A stretch of DNA of 42,408 bases from Octopus bimaculoides (Eukaryota), in assembly GCF_001194135.2 (NCBI RefSeq), contig NC_068984.1, positions 100,723,386-100,765,793 on the forward strand. Direction: 5' to 3'. A program made the translations under genes and the position numbers. Below, piece by piece: positions 24,190-35,679 of the stretch (position 1 is the stretch's first letter; every line of letters begins with the position of its first letter). Under the pieces are notes generated by a model, which ran no database searches, had not been told where the DNA came from, and worked only from the letters and a program-made list of their open reading frames with translations.

Positions 24190-25208
24190 GTAACATTTGA
24201 TTTGAGAAATATTTTTAAGAGGAATTGTAATTCATATGAATGAATTTTACAAATGACCTCAACAAGTATCTTCACATTAGGCTTGGTTTAAAATATTTTC
24301 TCCGAATCAGCTTTAGGAACTTGTTGAGTATTATTTGTTACAGGAATATATGGAGACGTAGTTGGTAATGCTTTTGATTCGTAATACTCTGTTATAACAG
24401 GCCGTCGAGAAAGGAAGCATCAGTGTTTGATGAATCCCCTTTGTGTGCCCATAAACACAGCCTTTATTTTAAGATGTCCACATAGGTTCCACTGATGATC
24501 GTCGTATTGCATTTAAAATGACCTCCGTGCTAACATAAAATTCTTTTAAATGCACTGAATCAGCGATGGGGATAGATGGCTTTAAATTTCCATTTTATAA
24601 TGCTTGAGATTTTAAACTTTATAGTGATGAATCTATAACAAATTGCCATTAACTTACAATATTCCTTTCAGATAAATCTGATAAAATTTCATTAATATGG
24701 TAACAATAACAGAGAAAACCATCCTCTTTGAAATCAACTGCTAAATCAAACTTTTACTTTCTATAGTAATTCAATGCCAGATTTTCTTTAAGTGCTTTTA
24801 CTTGAAAGGAGAGGCAAGACGCTCTGTTTTATATTTTGACATTGTTATTTCCCTAATAACATCGTTCAAATTTACTTCTGTTCAGAAAGCCATCAGCAAT
24901 TGCAATATCATCAGTACTTATTTCGTCTTCAATAATGTGGAATTGAGCCCATTTTGGGGAAGAATAGAAATAGACGGTGATACATCATGCAATGCAGGTC
25001 GACATGCAGAATCCATTTTAGAATTCAGGGGCAATGATTTTGTACCTGTTTCTCTTGCGGCCCTCTTAAAAAAAAGAATGAAAACTGTTTCTAGCAATAC
25101 AAAAATAGTAGTGCTTAAGGTGATCTTTCTAATTTCTTCAAATCATTCGTACAGCAAAAGCCACTCGCACAAATCAGTTGAATATACTGCACTAATTTCA
25201 TGAGGTGC
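24190..25208 (-). mobile_element. CMC/Chapaev3-like DNA transposase pseudogene
   Basis: Minus strand: VAFAVRMI*RN*KDHLKHYYFC; LNDVIREITMSKYKTERLAS; WQFVIDSSL*SLK..NGNLKPSIPIADSVHLKEFY; QWNLCGHLKIKAVFMGTQRGFIKH*CFL. Confidence 0.85.
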
Positions 25209-25390
25209 CTTTAACTTGTCTTAATCCCCTATATAGACTGATATTTTAAGATCTGTCTTAATATGTAATCATTATGATAAAGCTGTGGCGTTATCAGCAC
25301 AAACATTGCAATAAAGGTCTGAATGATCCTTTCTTTATATAAGCACGTTGAGGTACATTGTCTAGAGCATGTTAATAATATAGTAGATAT

Positions 25391-25624
25391 GAGGCGACGA
25401 GTTGGCAGAAACGTAAGCACGCAGGGCGAAATGCTTAGCGGTATTTTGTCTGTCTTTACGTTCTGGTTCAAATTCCGCTAAGGTCGACTTTGCCTTTCAT
25501 CCTTTCGGGGTCGATAAATTAAGTACCATTTACGTACTGGGGTCGATGTAATCGACTTAATCCCTTTGTCTGTCCTTGTTTGTCCCCTCTGTGTTTAGCT
25601 CACCGTGGGCAATAAAGAAATAAG
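25391..25624 (+). mobile_element. SINE family B, long-tail variant
   Basis: A/B boxes and Deu/Nin-like domain; tail TCCCTTTGTCTGTCCTTG..GGGCAATAAAGAAATAAG. Confidence 0.9.
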
Positions 25625-25821
25625 AAACGTTAGCACGCAGGGCGAAATGCTTAGCGGTATTTTGTCAGTCTTTACGTTCTGAGTTCAAATTCCGCTACGG
25701 TCGACTTTGCCTTTCATCCTTTCGGGGTCGATAAATTAAATACCAATTGCGTACTGAGGTCGATCTAATCGGCTGGCACCTTCCCTCAAAAATTTCGGGC
25801 CTTGTGACTAGAATAGAAAAG
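25625..25821 (+). mobile_element. SINE family B, short-tail variant, directly tandem and 5' clipped
   Basis: Head nearly identical to the preceding copy; tail CCTTCCCTCAAAAATTTCGGGCCTTGTGACTAG. Confidence 0.9.
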
Positions 25822-27036
25822 ATGACACATTATATTTAAACAGTTATCAGTATATTTATATGTGTGTGTACGCATACATATGATATTATATAAATATAAT
25901 ATTTAGAATACACATGTATATATATAGTGCGCAACAATGCATCCATTAGAAGAAATGAAATGAATAGAAATATTACAAAACATTACTCTAAGTGCAACCA
26001 ACAAGAATGTATACCTATTCTTTCTATACGACTAATGCGCTGTGGGGTGGTGGGAGGGAAAGAAACTCGCGATGAAACGTTTCGCGTTTTGTTGACTACA
26101 CCTCATAAAAGATGTACCTGGAATCCCTTCCTCAATAAGTAACATCAGTCAGCTGCTATATATCGTAGTTGCATATTAGGCGAACACAGTAGTGGCTGGC
26201 CTAATTTGCATTATTCCATTTTGACAGATCGTCATTAAACAATATCTGTAACACAGCACAGCATAAATCAGAAGAACTTTAATGAATTTAAATATTCCAA
26301 AGCCTCATTGTGGGTGCAACAGGAATGCAAATACAGTTTTTTATGACGTTTATGGATGGGAAAAGAGAGGGAGAAATTCATTTGACTCNNNNNNNNNNNN
26401 NNNNNNNNNNNNNNNNNNNNNNNNNNNNNNNNNNNNNNNNNNNNNNNNNNNNNNNNNNNNNNNNNNNNNNNNNNNNNNNNNNNNNNNNNNNNNNNNNNNN
26501 NNNNNNNNNNNNNNNNNNNNNNNNNNNNNNNNNNNNNNNNNNNNNNNNNNNNNNNNNNNNNNNNNNNNNNNNNNNNNNNNNNNNNNNNNNNNNNNNNNNN
26601 NNNNNNNNNNNNNNNNNNNNNNNNNNNNNNNNNNNNNNNNNNNNNNNNNNNNNNNNNNNNNNNNNNNNNNNNNNNNNNNNNNNNNNNNNNNNNNNNNNNN
26701 NNNNNNNNNNNNNNNNNNNNNNNNNNNNNNNNNNNNNNNNNNNNNNNNNNNNNNNNNNNNNNNNNNNNNNNNNNNNNNNNNNNNNNNNNNNNNNNNNNNN
26801 NNNNNNNNNNNNNNNNNNNNNNNNNNNNNNNNNNNNNNNNNNNNNNNNNNNNNNNNNNNNNNNNNNNNNNNNNNNNNNNNNNNNNNNNNNNNNNNNNNNN
26901 NNNNNNNNNNNNNNNNNNNNNNNNNNNNNNNNNNNNNNNNNNNNNNNNNNNNNNNNNNNNNNNNNNNNNNNNNNNNNNNNNNNNNNNNNNNNNNNNNNNN
27001 NNNNNNNNGCACATACACGCACATACACGCACATAT

Positions 27037-27219
27037 GTGTGTGTATATATATATATATACAACGGGCTTCTTTCAGTTTCTGTCGACCAAATCTACGCAC
27101 AAGGCTTAGACGGTCGGAGGCTAAGTAGAAGACACATAACCAAGGTACCACGTAGTAGGACTGAATCCCGAAGCACGTGGTTTGGAAGTAAGCTTCTTAC
27201 TAAAGACACGCCTGTGCCT
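27037..27219 (-). mobile_element. SINE family A, 5' part
   Basis: Homologous to 5896-6061. Confidence 0.85.
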
Positions 27220-27789
27220 ATCGTATATTGTGTATTCATAGTATGTCTATTGTATGTTCATGGCTGGTTTATTTTATAGCTCTCGTATACTTCAAACGTG
27301 TTTAAGGTATGTGTACTCTATTCAATGTATATTTAATGTATATTTGATATACTCTTTAGTTTTTGTCTTGACTATGAACTTTATGTGCTCTTCGAAATAT
27401 GTCTATGCTCTCCAAATTGGAGTTCACAGAGTACCAGCCACATAATGGAGGATGATGTCTTTTCAAGGAAACGTAAACAACAATAAATTTGGGACACGGA
27501 GAAAGATCTGTAGGTAAGATGAATCAACAGTCTTAATCGATCCAACGTTGCCACTTAAAAAAGAAATTTAATCCGGAATTTCAAGCAATTACCTTAATAC
27601 GTCGAATTGTCTTAATCAAAGAAAACAATTCATCTCTTCAGAGGATTTCTGATCCCTGTTAATTCCTTTAATCCATTATGAATAGAGCCATCATTCTAAC
27701 TTAGCCTCCTAATTGAGATTTAAATGCTCCTTAACATTGCTGTAAATGTACCTAACACTGCGGTAAATATCCATTAACAGTGGTTCAAG

Positions 27790-28022
27790 ACATGCATACA
27801 AGCATACATACGTACATACATACATACATGCATGCATACATCCACACATACATGCATGCGTACATGCATACATGCATTTATGCATGCATATATACATTCA
27901 TACATGCATACATACATGCATACATACATACGTACATACATACATTGATGCATGCATACATACATACATGCATACATGCATACATATGTACATACATGCA
28001 TACATACATTAATGCATACATT

Positions 28023-28089
<67 letters not shown>

Positions 28090-28270
28090 GCATACATACA
28101 TACATATATTCATATATACATACATTCATACATACATACATGTATACAAGCATACGTAATGCATACATACACATTCACATGCATGTATGCATACATATAT
28201 ACACATACACATACACATGCATGCAGGCATACATATATACAGACAGACAGACGTGCATGTATGCATGCAT
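27790..28270. repeat. Degenerate (CATA/CATG)n and (TA)n microsatellite field
   Basis: Directly visible. Confidence 0.95.
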
Positions 28271-28274
28271 ATAC

Positions 28275-28541
28275 TGATGGCTTAGTGGTTAAGGCATTGC
28301 ATTCACGATCGCTATGCGTTGTTCTTGAGCAAAACACTTCGTTTCACGTTGTTCAGAGATCATTTTTGACATCTGACTCGTGGCAGTCTTGTGCACTTAT
28401 ACAGGCAACGCTGATTTGATGGAGGAAGTGACTTCATTTTAGCACAAACATTTGATCACTATAAACAAGACATTTGCATGGTTGTTTAGTAAGAAATCGT
28501 GGAACCCTCATCCGTCGTCCTACGACGGAAGAGTCCACATG
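28275..28541 (+). mobile_element. Third tRNA-derived SINE type (B-box region deleted; CORE/Meta-like domain)
   Basis: A-box TGGCTTAGTGGTTAAGG, then GTTCTTGAGCAAAACACTT; followed by a (CTAT)n tail. Confidence 0.55.
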
Positions 28542-28542
28542 C

Positions 28543-28598
<56 letters not shown>

Positions 28599-29481
28599 TT
28601 ATCTATCTATTTGTCTATCTATCTATCTGTCGGTCTGTATGTATGTATGTATGTATGTATGTATGTATGTATGTACACGTGTCTGTCTATTTCTTTCTTT
28701 ATGTCACGCTATCGGTATATCTATATTTCTCTTCACCCTTTCATATATATATGAATGTATGAGTGCGCATGTGTGTATCTTTGTATGTATGCGTACGTAT
28801 ATATCTATTATTGTGGGCATTGAAACGTCTAATGTCAAACACTGCCTAGCAAGTACGTTTTACTGAATGGGCATACGGGACAGTTGCTCAGTGTTCTCGC
28901 GATTTTAGGGGCCTCAATTTTCATTTGAAAAATTATAAGTTAGCTTCATAGTATTATTGCTGTAGCTGCTTCTGTTGTTGTAGTCGTCGTCGTCATCGTT
29001 GTTGTTGTTTTACTCAGATCAGTCGAGATCGAACATCCCCATGGCACACAAATAGTTGACTGACCTACAAGTTAGACTATGTTTCCGCTAGGCTGAAAAA
29101 CCATACAGAATATTCCGACATGCGGTGCTGAACTCAATGAAATATGAGCTGAACTCAATGAAATATGAGCGATAACNNNNNNNNNNCTGGAGAAGATCAC
29201 AGCGGTGGTAGGGAAATTATACATGGTCGAAGTGCGACAGTTGCTTTTCTGCGTCTATTACACAGTATGGAGTTAGAATTCAGTGAAGCTATCGATATTG
29301 TAACTGTTTCAGTGTATATTATATTTATTCATTTATTACACATACATATAATATTATACAAATATAATATTTGAAATACACACACACACACATACGTGTG
29401 TATGTATGTATGTATGTATGTATGTATATATATTCAAAAAGGGATAAAACTCTTTTACAAGAATTTTATCAAGAAGCCAGT

Positions 29482-29578
29482 GTGGTACCTTGGTTATGTG
29501 TCTTCTACTTAGCCTCCGACCGTCTAAGCCTTGTGCGTAGATTTGGTCGACAGAAACTGAAAGAAGCCCGTTGTATAT
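29482..29578 (+). mobile_element. SINE family A fragment identical to the reverse complement of 27055-27151
   Basis: 97/97 identity by eye. Confidence 0.9.
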
Positions 29579-29827
29579 NNNNNNNNNNNNNNNNNNNNNN
29601 NNNNNNNNNNNNNNNNNNNNNNNNNNNNNNNNNNNNNNNNNNNNNNNNNNNNNNNNNNNNNNNNNNNNNNNNNNNNNNNNNNNNNNNNNNNNNNNNNNNN
29701 NNNNNNNNNNNNNNNNNNNNNNNNNNNNNNNNNNNNNNNNNNNNNNNNNNNNNNNNNNNNNNNNNNNNNNNNNNNNNNNNNNNNNNNNNNNNNNNNNNNN
29801 NNNNNNNNNNNNNNTTTCTTTCGACAG

Positions 29828-29961
29828 TGGAGTTCCAGATTATCTTTGCAATTTCGGCTGGTTATACTCGAGATTGCTCCAATCTGGCCAGCCCCAAGGA
29901 AAAACTAAGCTAAGAGTACTAGATTCCTTGGAAGAAAGCAGCGAATGTATACAAAAACAAG
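29828..29961 (+). CDS. Candidate internal exon, unassigned
   Basis: TTTCTTTCGACAG acceptor, open frame GVPDYLCNFGWLYSRLLQSGQPQGKTKLRVLDSLEESSECIQKQ, AAG|GTAATA donor. Confidence 0.3.
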
Positions 29962-30063
29962 GTAATAATGAAGCCAAGTTGAGAGTAGCTTTGTGCATAG
30001 ATTCCCACTCTCGCACTCTTATGCATTGAGAAGAACGGGCAGTAAAGTTCTACTTCAATTCTA

Positions 30064-30278
30064 TTATTCAATATTGGTTTCAATTTTCGGCACAAGGCCA
30101 GCAATTTCGGGGGACGGGTTAAGTCGATTACATCAACCCCAGTACTGAAATGGTATTTATTTTATCGATCCCGAAAGAGTTGAAAGGCAAAGTAAGCTCC
30201 GGCGGAATTTTAACTCAGAACGTACACACAGATGAAATGCTTAGCAGCATTTTACCCGGAGTACAGTAATCACTCGCC
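30064..30278 (-). mobile_element. SINE family B
   Basis: Reverse-complement match to the family B head, domain and tail. Confidence 0.85.
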
Positions 30279-30370
30279 ATATTGCAGTTCACCTGTCGCG
30301 GTTTATTATTTAAGATTACGTCGATTTCTTCGTGGTGTTGTTTTGCATTTATAATAAAATGAATATATAC

Positions 30371-30780
30371 TCTTTTACTCTTTTACTTGTTTCAGTCATC
30401 TGACTGCGACCATGCTGGAGCAGCGCCTTTAGTCGAGCAAATCGACCGCAGGACTTATTCTTTGTAAGCCTAGTACTTATTCTATGGTTCTCTTTTACCA
30501 AACCGCTAAGTTACGGGGACGTAAACACACAACCGTCGGTTGTCAAGCGATGTTGGGTGGGTCAAACAGACACACAAACATATACACACATACATATACA
30601 TATATATATACATATACAACAGGCTTCTTTCAGTTTCCGTCTACCAAATCCACTCACAAGGCTTTGGTCGGCCCGAAGTTATAGTAGAAGACACTTGTCC
30701 AAGATGCCACGCAGTGAGACTGAACCCGGGACCATGTGGTTGGTAAGCAAGCTGCTCACCACACAGCCGCTCCTGCGCCT
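30371..30780 (-). mobile_element. SINE family A, full-length, with short intact central microsatellite
   Basis: Colinear with 5570-6061. Confidence 0.9.
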
Positions 30781-31407
30781 ATATACAAANNNNNNNNNNN
30801 NNNNNNNNNNNNNNNNNNNNNNNNNNNNNNNNNNNNNNNNNNNNNNNNNNNNNNNNNNNNNNNNNNNNNNNNNNNNNNNNNNNNNNNNNNNNNNNNNNNN
30901 NNNNNNNNNNNNNNNNNNNNNNNNNNNNNNNNNNNNNNNNNNNNNNNNNNNNNNNNNNNNNNNNNNNNNNNNNNNNNNNNNNNNNNNNNNNNNNNNNNNN
31001 NNNNNNNNNNNNNNNNNNNNNNNNNNNNNNNNNNNNNNNNNNNNNNNNNNNNNNNNNNNNNNNNNNNNNNNNNNNNNNNNNNNNNNNNNNNNNNNNNNNN
31101 NNNNNNNNNNNNNNNNNNNNNNNNNNNNNNNNNNNNNNNNNNNNNNNNNNNNNNNNNNNNNNNNNNNNNNNNNNNNNNNNNNNNNNNNNNNNNNNNNNNN
31201 NNNNNNNNNNNNNNNNNNNNNNNNNNNNNNNNNNNNNNNNNNNNNNNNNNNNNNNNNNNNNNNNNNNNNNNNNNNNNNNNNNNNNNNNNNNNNNNNNNNN
31301 NNNNNNNNNNNNNNNNNNNNNNNNNNNNNNNNNNNNNNNNNNNNNNNNNNNNNNNNNNNNNNNNNNNNNNNNNNNNNNNNNNNNNNNNNNNNNNNNNNNN
31401 NNNNNNN

Positions 31408-31790
31408 GTTCTGAGTTCAAATTTCGCCGAGGTTGACTTTGCCTTTCATTCTTTCGGGATCGATAAAATAAGTACCAGTTAAACACTGGAATTGATGTAA
31501 TCGACTTACCCCATCCCCCAAAACTACTGTCCTTGTGTCAAAATTTGAAACCGAAATTGTCGCAAAACTGAAGGCGACGAGCTAACAGAATCGTTAGCAT
31601 GCCAGGTAAAAATGCTTAGGAAGTATTTCGTCCGTCTTTACGTTTTGAGTTCAAATTCCGCCGAAGTACACTTTGCCTTTCATCCTTTCGAAGTCGATAA
31701 AATAAGTACCAGCTGAGTGCTGGGTTGATGTAATCGACTCATTCCCTTCCTCAAATTTACTGGCCTTGTGCGAAAAATTTGAAATCAATA
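31408..31790 (+). mobile_element. Two tandem SINE family B copies (31408-31553 and 31571-31790)
   Basis: B-box GAGTTCAAATT(T/C)C and Deu/Nin-like domain present in each. Confidence 0.88.
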
Positions 31791-32146
31791 TCATCGCAAA
31801 ACTGATTACTAATATTCTGTATATTTTGTTACGGTATTTATTCAAATACAGTATTAACCATTGATAATGTCGGTATGTATTCGATTGTGAGGCATATAAT
31901 ATAGAAGTAATTATTGCGGTGCGTGGACCATGACCTCTCACACAGTTGTAAAGCTGCCAAAACGTGACATTTTCATCTGTATTAACGAGTTTACTGGCTA
32001 TTGCAGAGATAATGAAACAGCTGCTGTTCTACAACTTCAGAAAGATACAAATAAGGAAATAATTTTATTTTCAAACGCAGGATAATGCTAATAATATAGC
32101 ATGAATCGGACAAACTATCCATATTTTTCAGATAAATCTGTTGGCG

Positions 32147-32218
32147 GCCAACTATGAGACTCGAACTCACATCCCTGTGATTACGCGTCCAAGGTTTTAC
32201 CATAAAGCTAAACTCGAC
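32147..32218 (-). pseudogene. tRNA-like sequence, degenerate tRNA-Thr(CGT)-like
   Basis: 72 nt: GTCGAGT TTA GCTT TATGGTA AAAC C TTGGA CGCGTAA TCACA GGGAT GTGAG TTCGAGT CTCAT AGTTGGC; A/B boxes and T-arm present, anticodon and acceptor stems imperfect. Confidence 0.6.
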
Positions 32219-32461
32219 CAATGACAAGTTCTTCTACAAATTTAGGATATATAAATCTAGCTTTATATGACGCTTTCGTACGTTAAGCGTTAAGACGTAT
32301 TGAAAGATACAGACAAGGAAATAATTTTATTCTCAAACGCAGGATAATGCTAATGATATAGCATGAACAGGATAAACTATCCATATTTTACTGAAAAATC
32401 TGTCGGCGTCTTATAAAGTTATATTTATATATCCTAAATTTGAAGAAGAATTTGTTCTTGG

Positions 32462-32532
32462 GTCATTTTAGATTAATGGTAAAGCACTAGACGCGTAATC
32501 ACAGGGATGTGAACTCGAGTTTCATGGTTGGC
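32462..32532 (+). pseudogene. Second (inverted) copy of the tRNA-Thr-like sequence
   Basis: GTCATTT TA GATT AATGGTA AAGC A CTAGA CGCGTAA TCACA GGGAT GTGAA CTCGAGT TTCAT GGTTGGC; T5 run 10 nt downstream. Confidence 0.55.
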
Positions 32533-32694
32533 TGACGGCAGATTTTTCTGAAAAATATGGAAAGTTTATCCTGTTCGTGCTATATTATTAGCACTATCCT
32601 GCGTTTGATAATAAAATTATGTCCCTATCTCTGTATATATATATATATATGCATATACTCCATAGTATATTTTTCTAAAATAATGTCAGAGTTT

Positions 32695-33545
32695 ATAGCA
32701 CATGTGTTCCACCATCGTTGCTCTATGTAAGTGAGACACAGTTTCTTTAACGTAGGTATTTGGAGCGATATCATCAATATTGTATTAGAAAAATTCTTTG
32801 GATAACTTGGAAAATGGTGATCAGTGATGTGGAAGTACTTGAGAGAAATCGTAGTAAGAGTGTAGAATGGATGATTCTGCAAAGTCATCTGAGGTGGGGT
32901 TGACATCTGGTTAGAATGAATGGTGAAAGACTTCCTAAGCAACTTTTGTATGGTGAGCTGGAAGATGGGAAGAGGCCAGTACAGAAACCCAAAATGTGGT
33001 TCAAGGACCGCTTGAGAATTGCTCTGATACAGACAGGAGTTTCAATTGTTGATTGGGAGAGGGTGGCACAAGACCGAAATCGATGGAGGAAAAGAGTGCA
33101 TAGTGGTTGTTCGAAGTTTGAAAGAGAGAAAATGAAGCACGTGAAGATCCAGAGAAGGTTTAGAAAAAATGAAGGAGTGTTGCTTTTTATGTGTGTGATT
33201 TGTGGGAGGAGATGTTTGAGTAATGCAGGCCTGATCAGCCATCAGAGAACTCACAGAAATCAACCCCCTGGAAATTGTGATACGGCTATTGTTCACAACA
33301 GTACATGTGCAAAGTGTGGAAAGGTCTGCCTTTCAGTTGGAGGATTGAAAGGGCATGTCAAAAGACTTCGTCCTGCTGCACCTGCTCCCTTTGTCAGCCA
33401 GCACAGCTGTGTATTATGCAATATAATGTGCAAATCTTTGGCCGGTCTCAAGAGCCATCCATGAGCCTCACATTGCATCATCGACATATTTCAATAATTC
33501 TTTCTGACAATGGCTTTGCTCGTATACGAGAAAGCAGCTACTATA
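32695..33545 (+). mobile_element. 5'-truncated RTE-clade LINE, 3' end with C2H2 zinc fingers
   Basis: SLLYVSET..LERYHQYCIRK..HLRWG*HLVRM, then ORF 32916-33464 RLPKQLLYGEL..KD.LR..WERVAQDRNRWR followed by three CxxC..H motifs; (TA)n tail. Confidence 0.92.
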
Positions 33546-34284
33546 TATATATATATATATNNNNNNNNNNNNNNNNNNNNNNNNNNNNNNNNNNNNNNNN
33601 NNNNNNNNNNNNNNNNNNNNNNNNNNNNNNNNNNNNNNNNNNNNNNNNNNNNNNNNNNNNNNNNNNNNNNNNNNNNNNNNNNNNNNNNNNNNNNNNNNNN
33701 NNNNNNNNNNNNNNNNNNNNNNNNNNNNNNNNNNNNNNNNNNNNNNNNNNNNNNNNNNNNNNNNNNNNNNNNNNNNNNNNNNNNNNNNNNNNNNNNNNNN
33801 NNNNNNNNNNNNNNNNNNNNATATATATATATATATATACATATACATACATATATAGGAACTGTTTAAATAGTTTCAAATAGAAGAAATTAAAAGAAAA
33901 AAGTGCTGATATATATGTTTCCGAATAATTTAATAAAATATCACCGATATTCATATACCAATTTAATTATAAACTGCATCCATTATCGAATATTCTCGCT
34001 CTTTAAATATTTTTATTATGACTGAATACTTTATATATAGACATACATATTATTAACATAAATATTTGGACATTATATTGAAAACTAAACGCAGAATTTT
34101 GTCAAACCTGCCAACGCTCATGCACACACGTAAGTTCACGGGCTATTTTGGCTTCATAGCCATAAAACAAATTAAAGCAGATGGACATCACATCAGAAGT
34201 GCTATTTGATAATTACGTGGAAGACTTTGGTGGGAGACAGCACAACAATACACACATTAGACGGAGCATGTTCAAGTATTTGAA

Positions 34285-34505
34285 AATATTGGTTTCAAAT
34301 TATGGCACAAGGCCAGCGGTTACAGGGGAAGGGTTAAGTCGATTACACCGACCCCAGTGCTCAACAAGTACTTATCTTATCAACCCTGAAAGGATGAAAG
34401 GCAAAGTCGACCTCGGCGGAATTTGAACGCACAACGTAAAGACGGACGAAATTCCGCTAAGCATTTTGCCTGACGTGCTAACGATTGTGCCAGCTTGTCA
34501 CCTTA
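34285..34505 (-). mobile_element. SINE family B
   Basis: Reverse-complement match to family B. Confidence 0.85.
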
Positions 34506-35229
34506 TAGTATTTGAAAATATTCTCAACACTTAACGTGAAAAATATTATCTTTAATTTTTTATTTATATCATTGATTTGTTGTTCTAAAATTCAAAATGG
34601 AATTTTTATTTCCTCTTAGAATACAAAACTACTCTATCTTAATATTCGTTGATTTCCAATTATGATTTCCAGCGAGTGTAGTCCGCAATACATTGCGTTG
34701 CTTGCAATCACAGTTTACTAGTATTTTCATCTCGAGCGATGATGCACAGAGAGAAACTTCTGGTTGCCATGAGGTTTTGGAATTCTAATAGCCACAATGA
34801 AATTGTTGCGTATCAAATGTATTGAGTTCTCCCTACCTTTAAGGTACTCGTATATCGTATTTATTCTCTCTATCTCTCTCTCTCTCTCTCACAAATACAC
34901 ACTCNNNNNNNNNNNNNNNNNNNNNNNNNNNNNNNNNNNNNNNNNNNNNNNNNNNNNNNNNNNNNNNNNNNNNNNNNNNNNNNNNNNNNNNNNNNNNNNN
35001 NNNNTATTTATGCACTCACTCATTCTCACATTTTATTCTTATTTTCCACACTTTGAATTGATTTGTCTATAACACTGTTTATCTCCCTTGTGCGCCTTGC
35101 TCTTCTGTCACAATATTCCGATCACTCTCTCCTCCGAGCCTTTTTCTCCCTTTCTGTTTCTCTTCTTTCTACATCACACTCTTATCTCGTATTTGTTCAT
35201 TTAATTTCTTGTTTTATCTCTTTCCATTT

Positions 35230-35280
35230 CCTTTATCTCGTCTTTCTTTCTTTCTGTCTTTCTTTCTTTCTTTCTTTCTT

Positions 35281-35317
<37 letters not shown>

Positions 35318-35345
35318 CTTTCTCTCTTTCTCCCTCTCTCCCTCT
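35230..35345. repeat. (TTTC)n/(TC)n polypyrimidine microsatellite
   Basis: Directly visible. Confidence 0.95.
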
Positions 35346-35494
35346 AACTATCTCTCAGCTCCTGCCCCCGGCCCCTCTTATTCTGTTCTTCTTACTTTTC
35401 CCTTAAACTCATAACACTCGCAAGATATTAAGTCAGAGATAAGCATATTCTCTTTCAAAACTAACCTGGGGCGTCAATCAAAATGCACAAAAAC

Positions 35495-35524
35495 AGCAAC
35501 TACTACTACTACTACTGCTGCTGT

Positions 35525-35558
<34 letters not shown>

Positions 35559-35638
35559 GCTGCTGCTGCTACTACTACTACTACTATTATTACTACTTAG
35601 CAGTGACAACACAAGATCAATAACATCATCATCATCAT

Positions 35639-35679
<41 letters not shown>

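Noticed and set aside
24802-25203. 133-aa plus-strand ORF
   Set aside because: Antisense shadow of the Chapaev3-like transposase relic
25391-25821. Recurrent direct repeats that might suggest a CRISPR-like array
   Set aside because: They are SINE monomers of ~200 bp without unique spacers; the context is eukaryotic with no cas genes
34181-34426. ORFs ending in ..ERMKGKVDLGGI (also 23185-23763, 31651-31941)
   Set aside because: The shared peptide is a translation of SINE family B, not a protein domain
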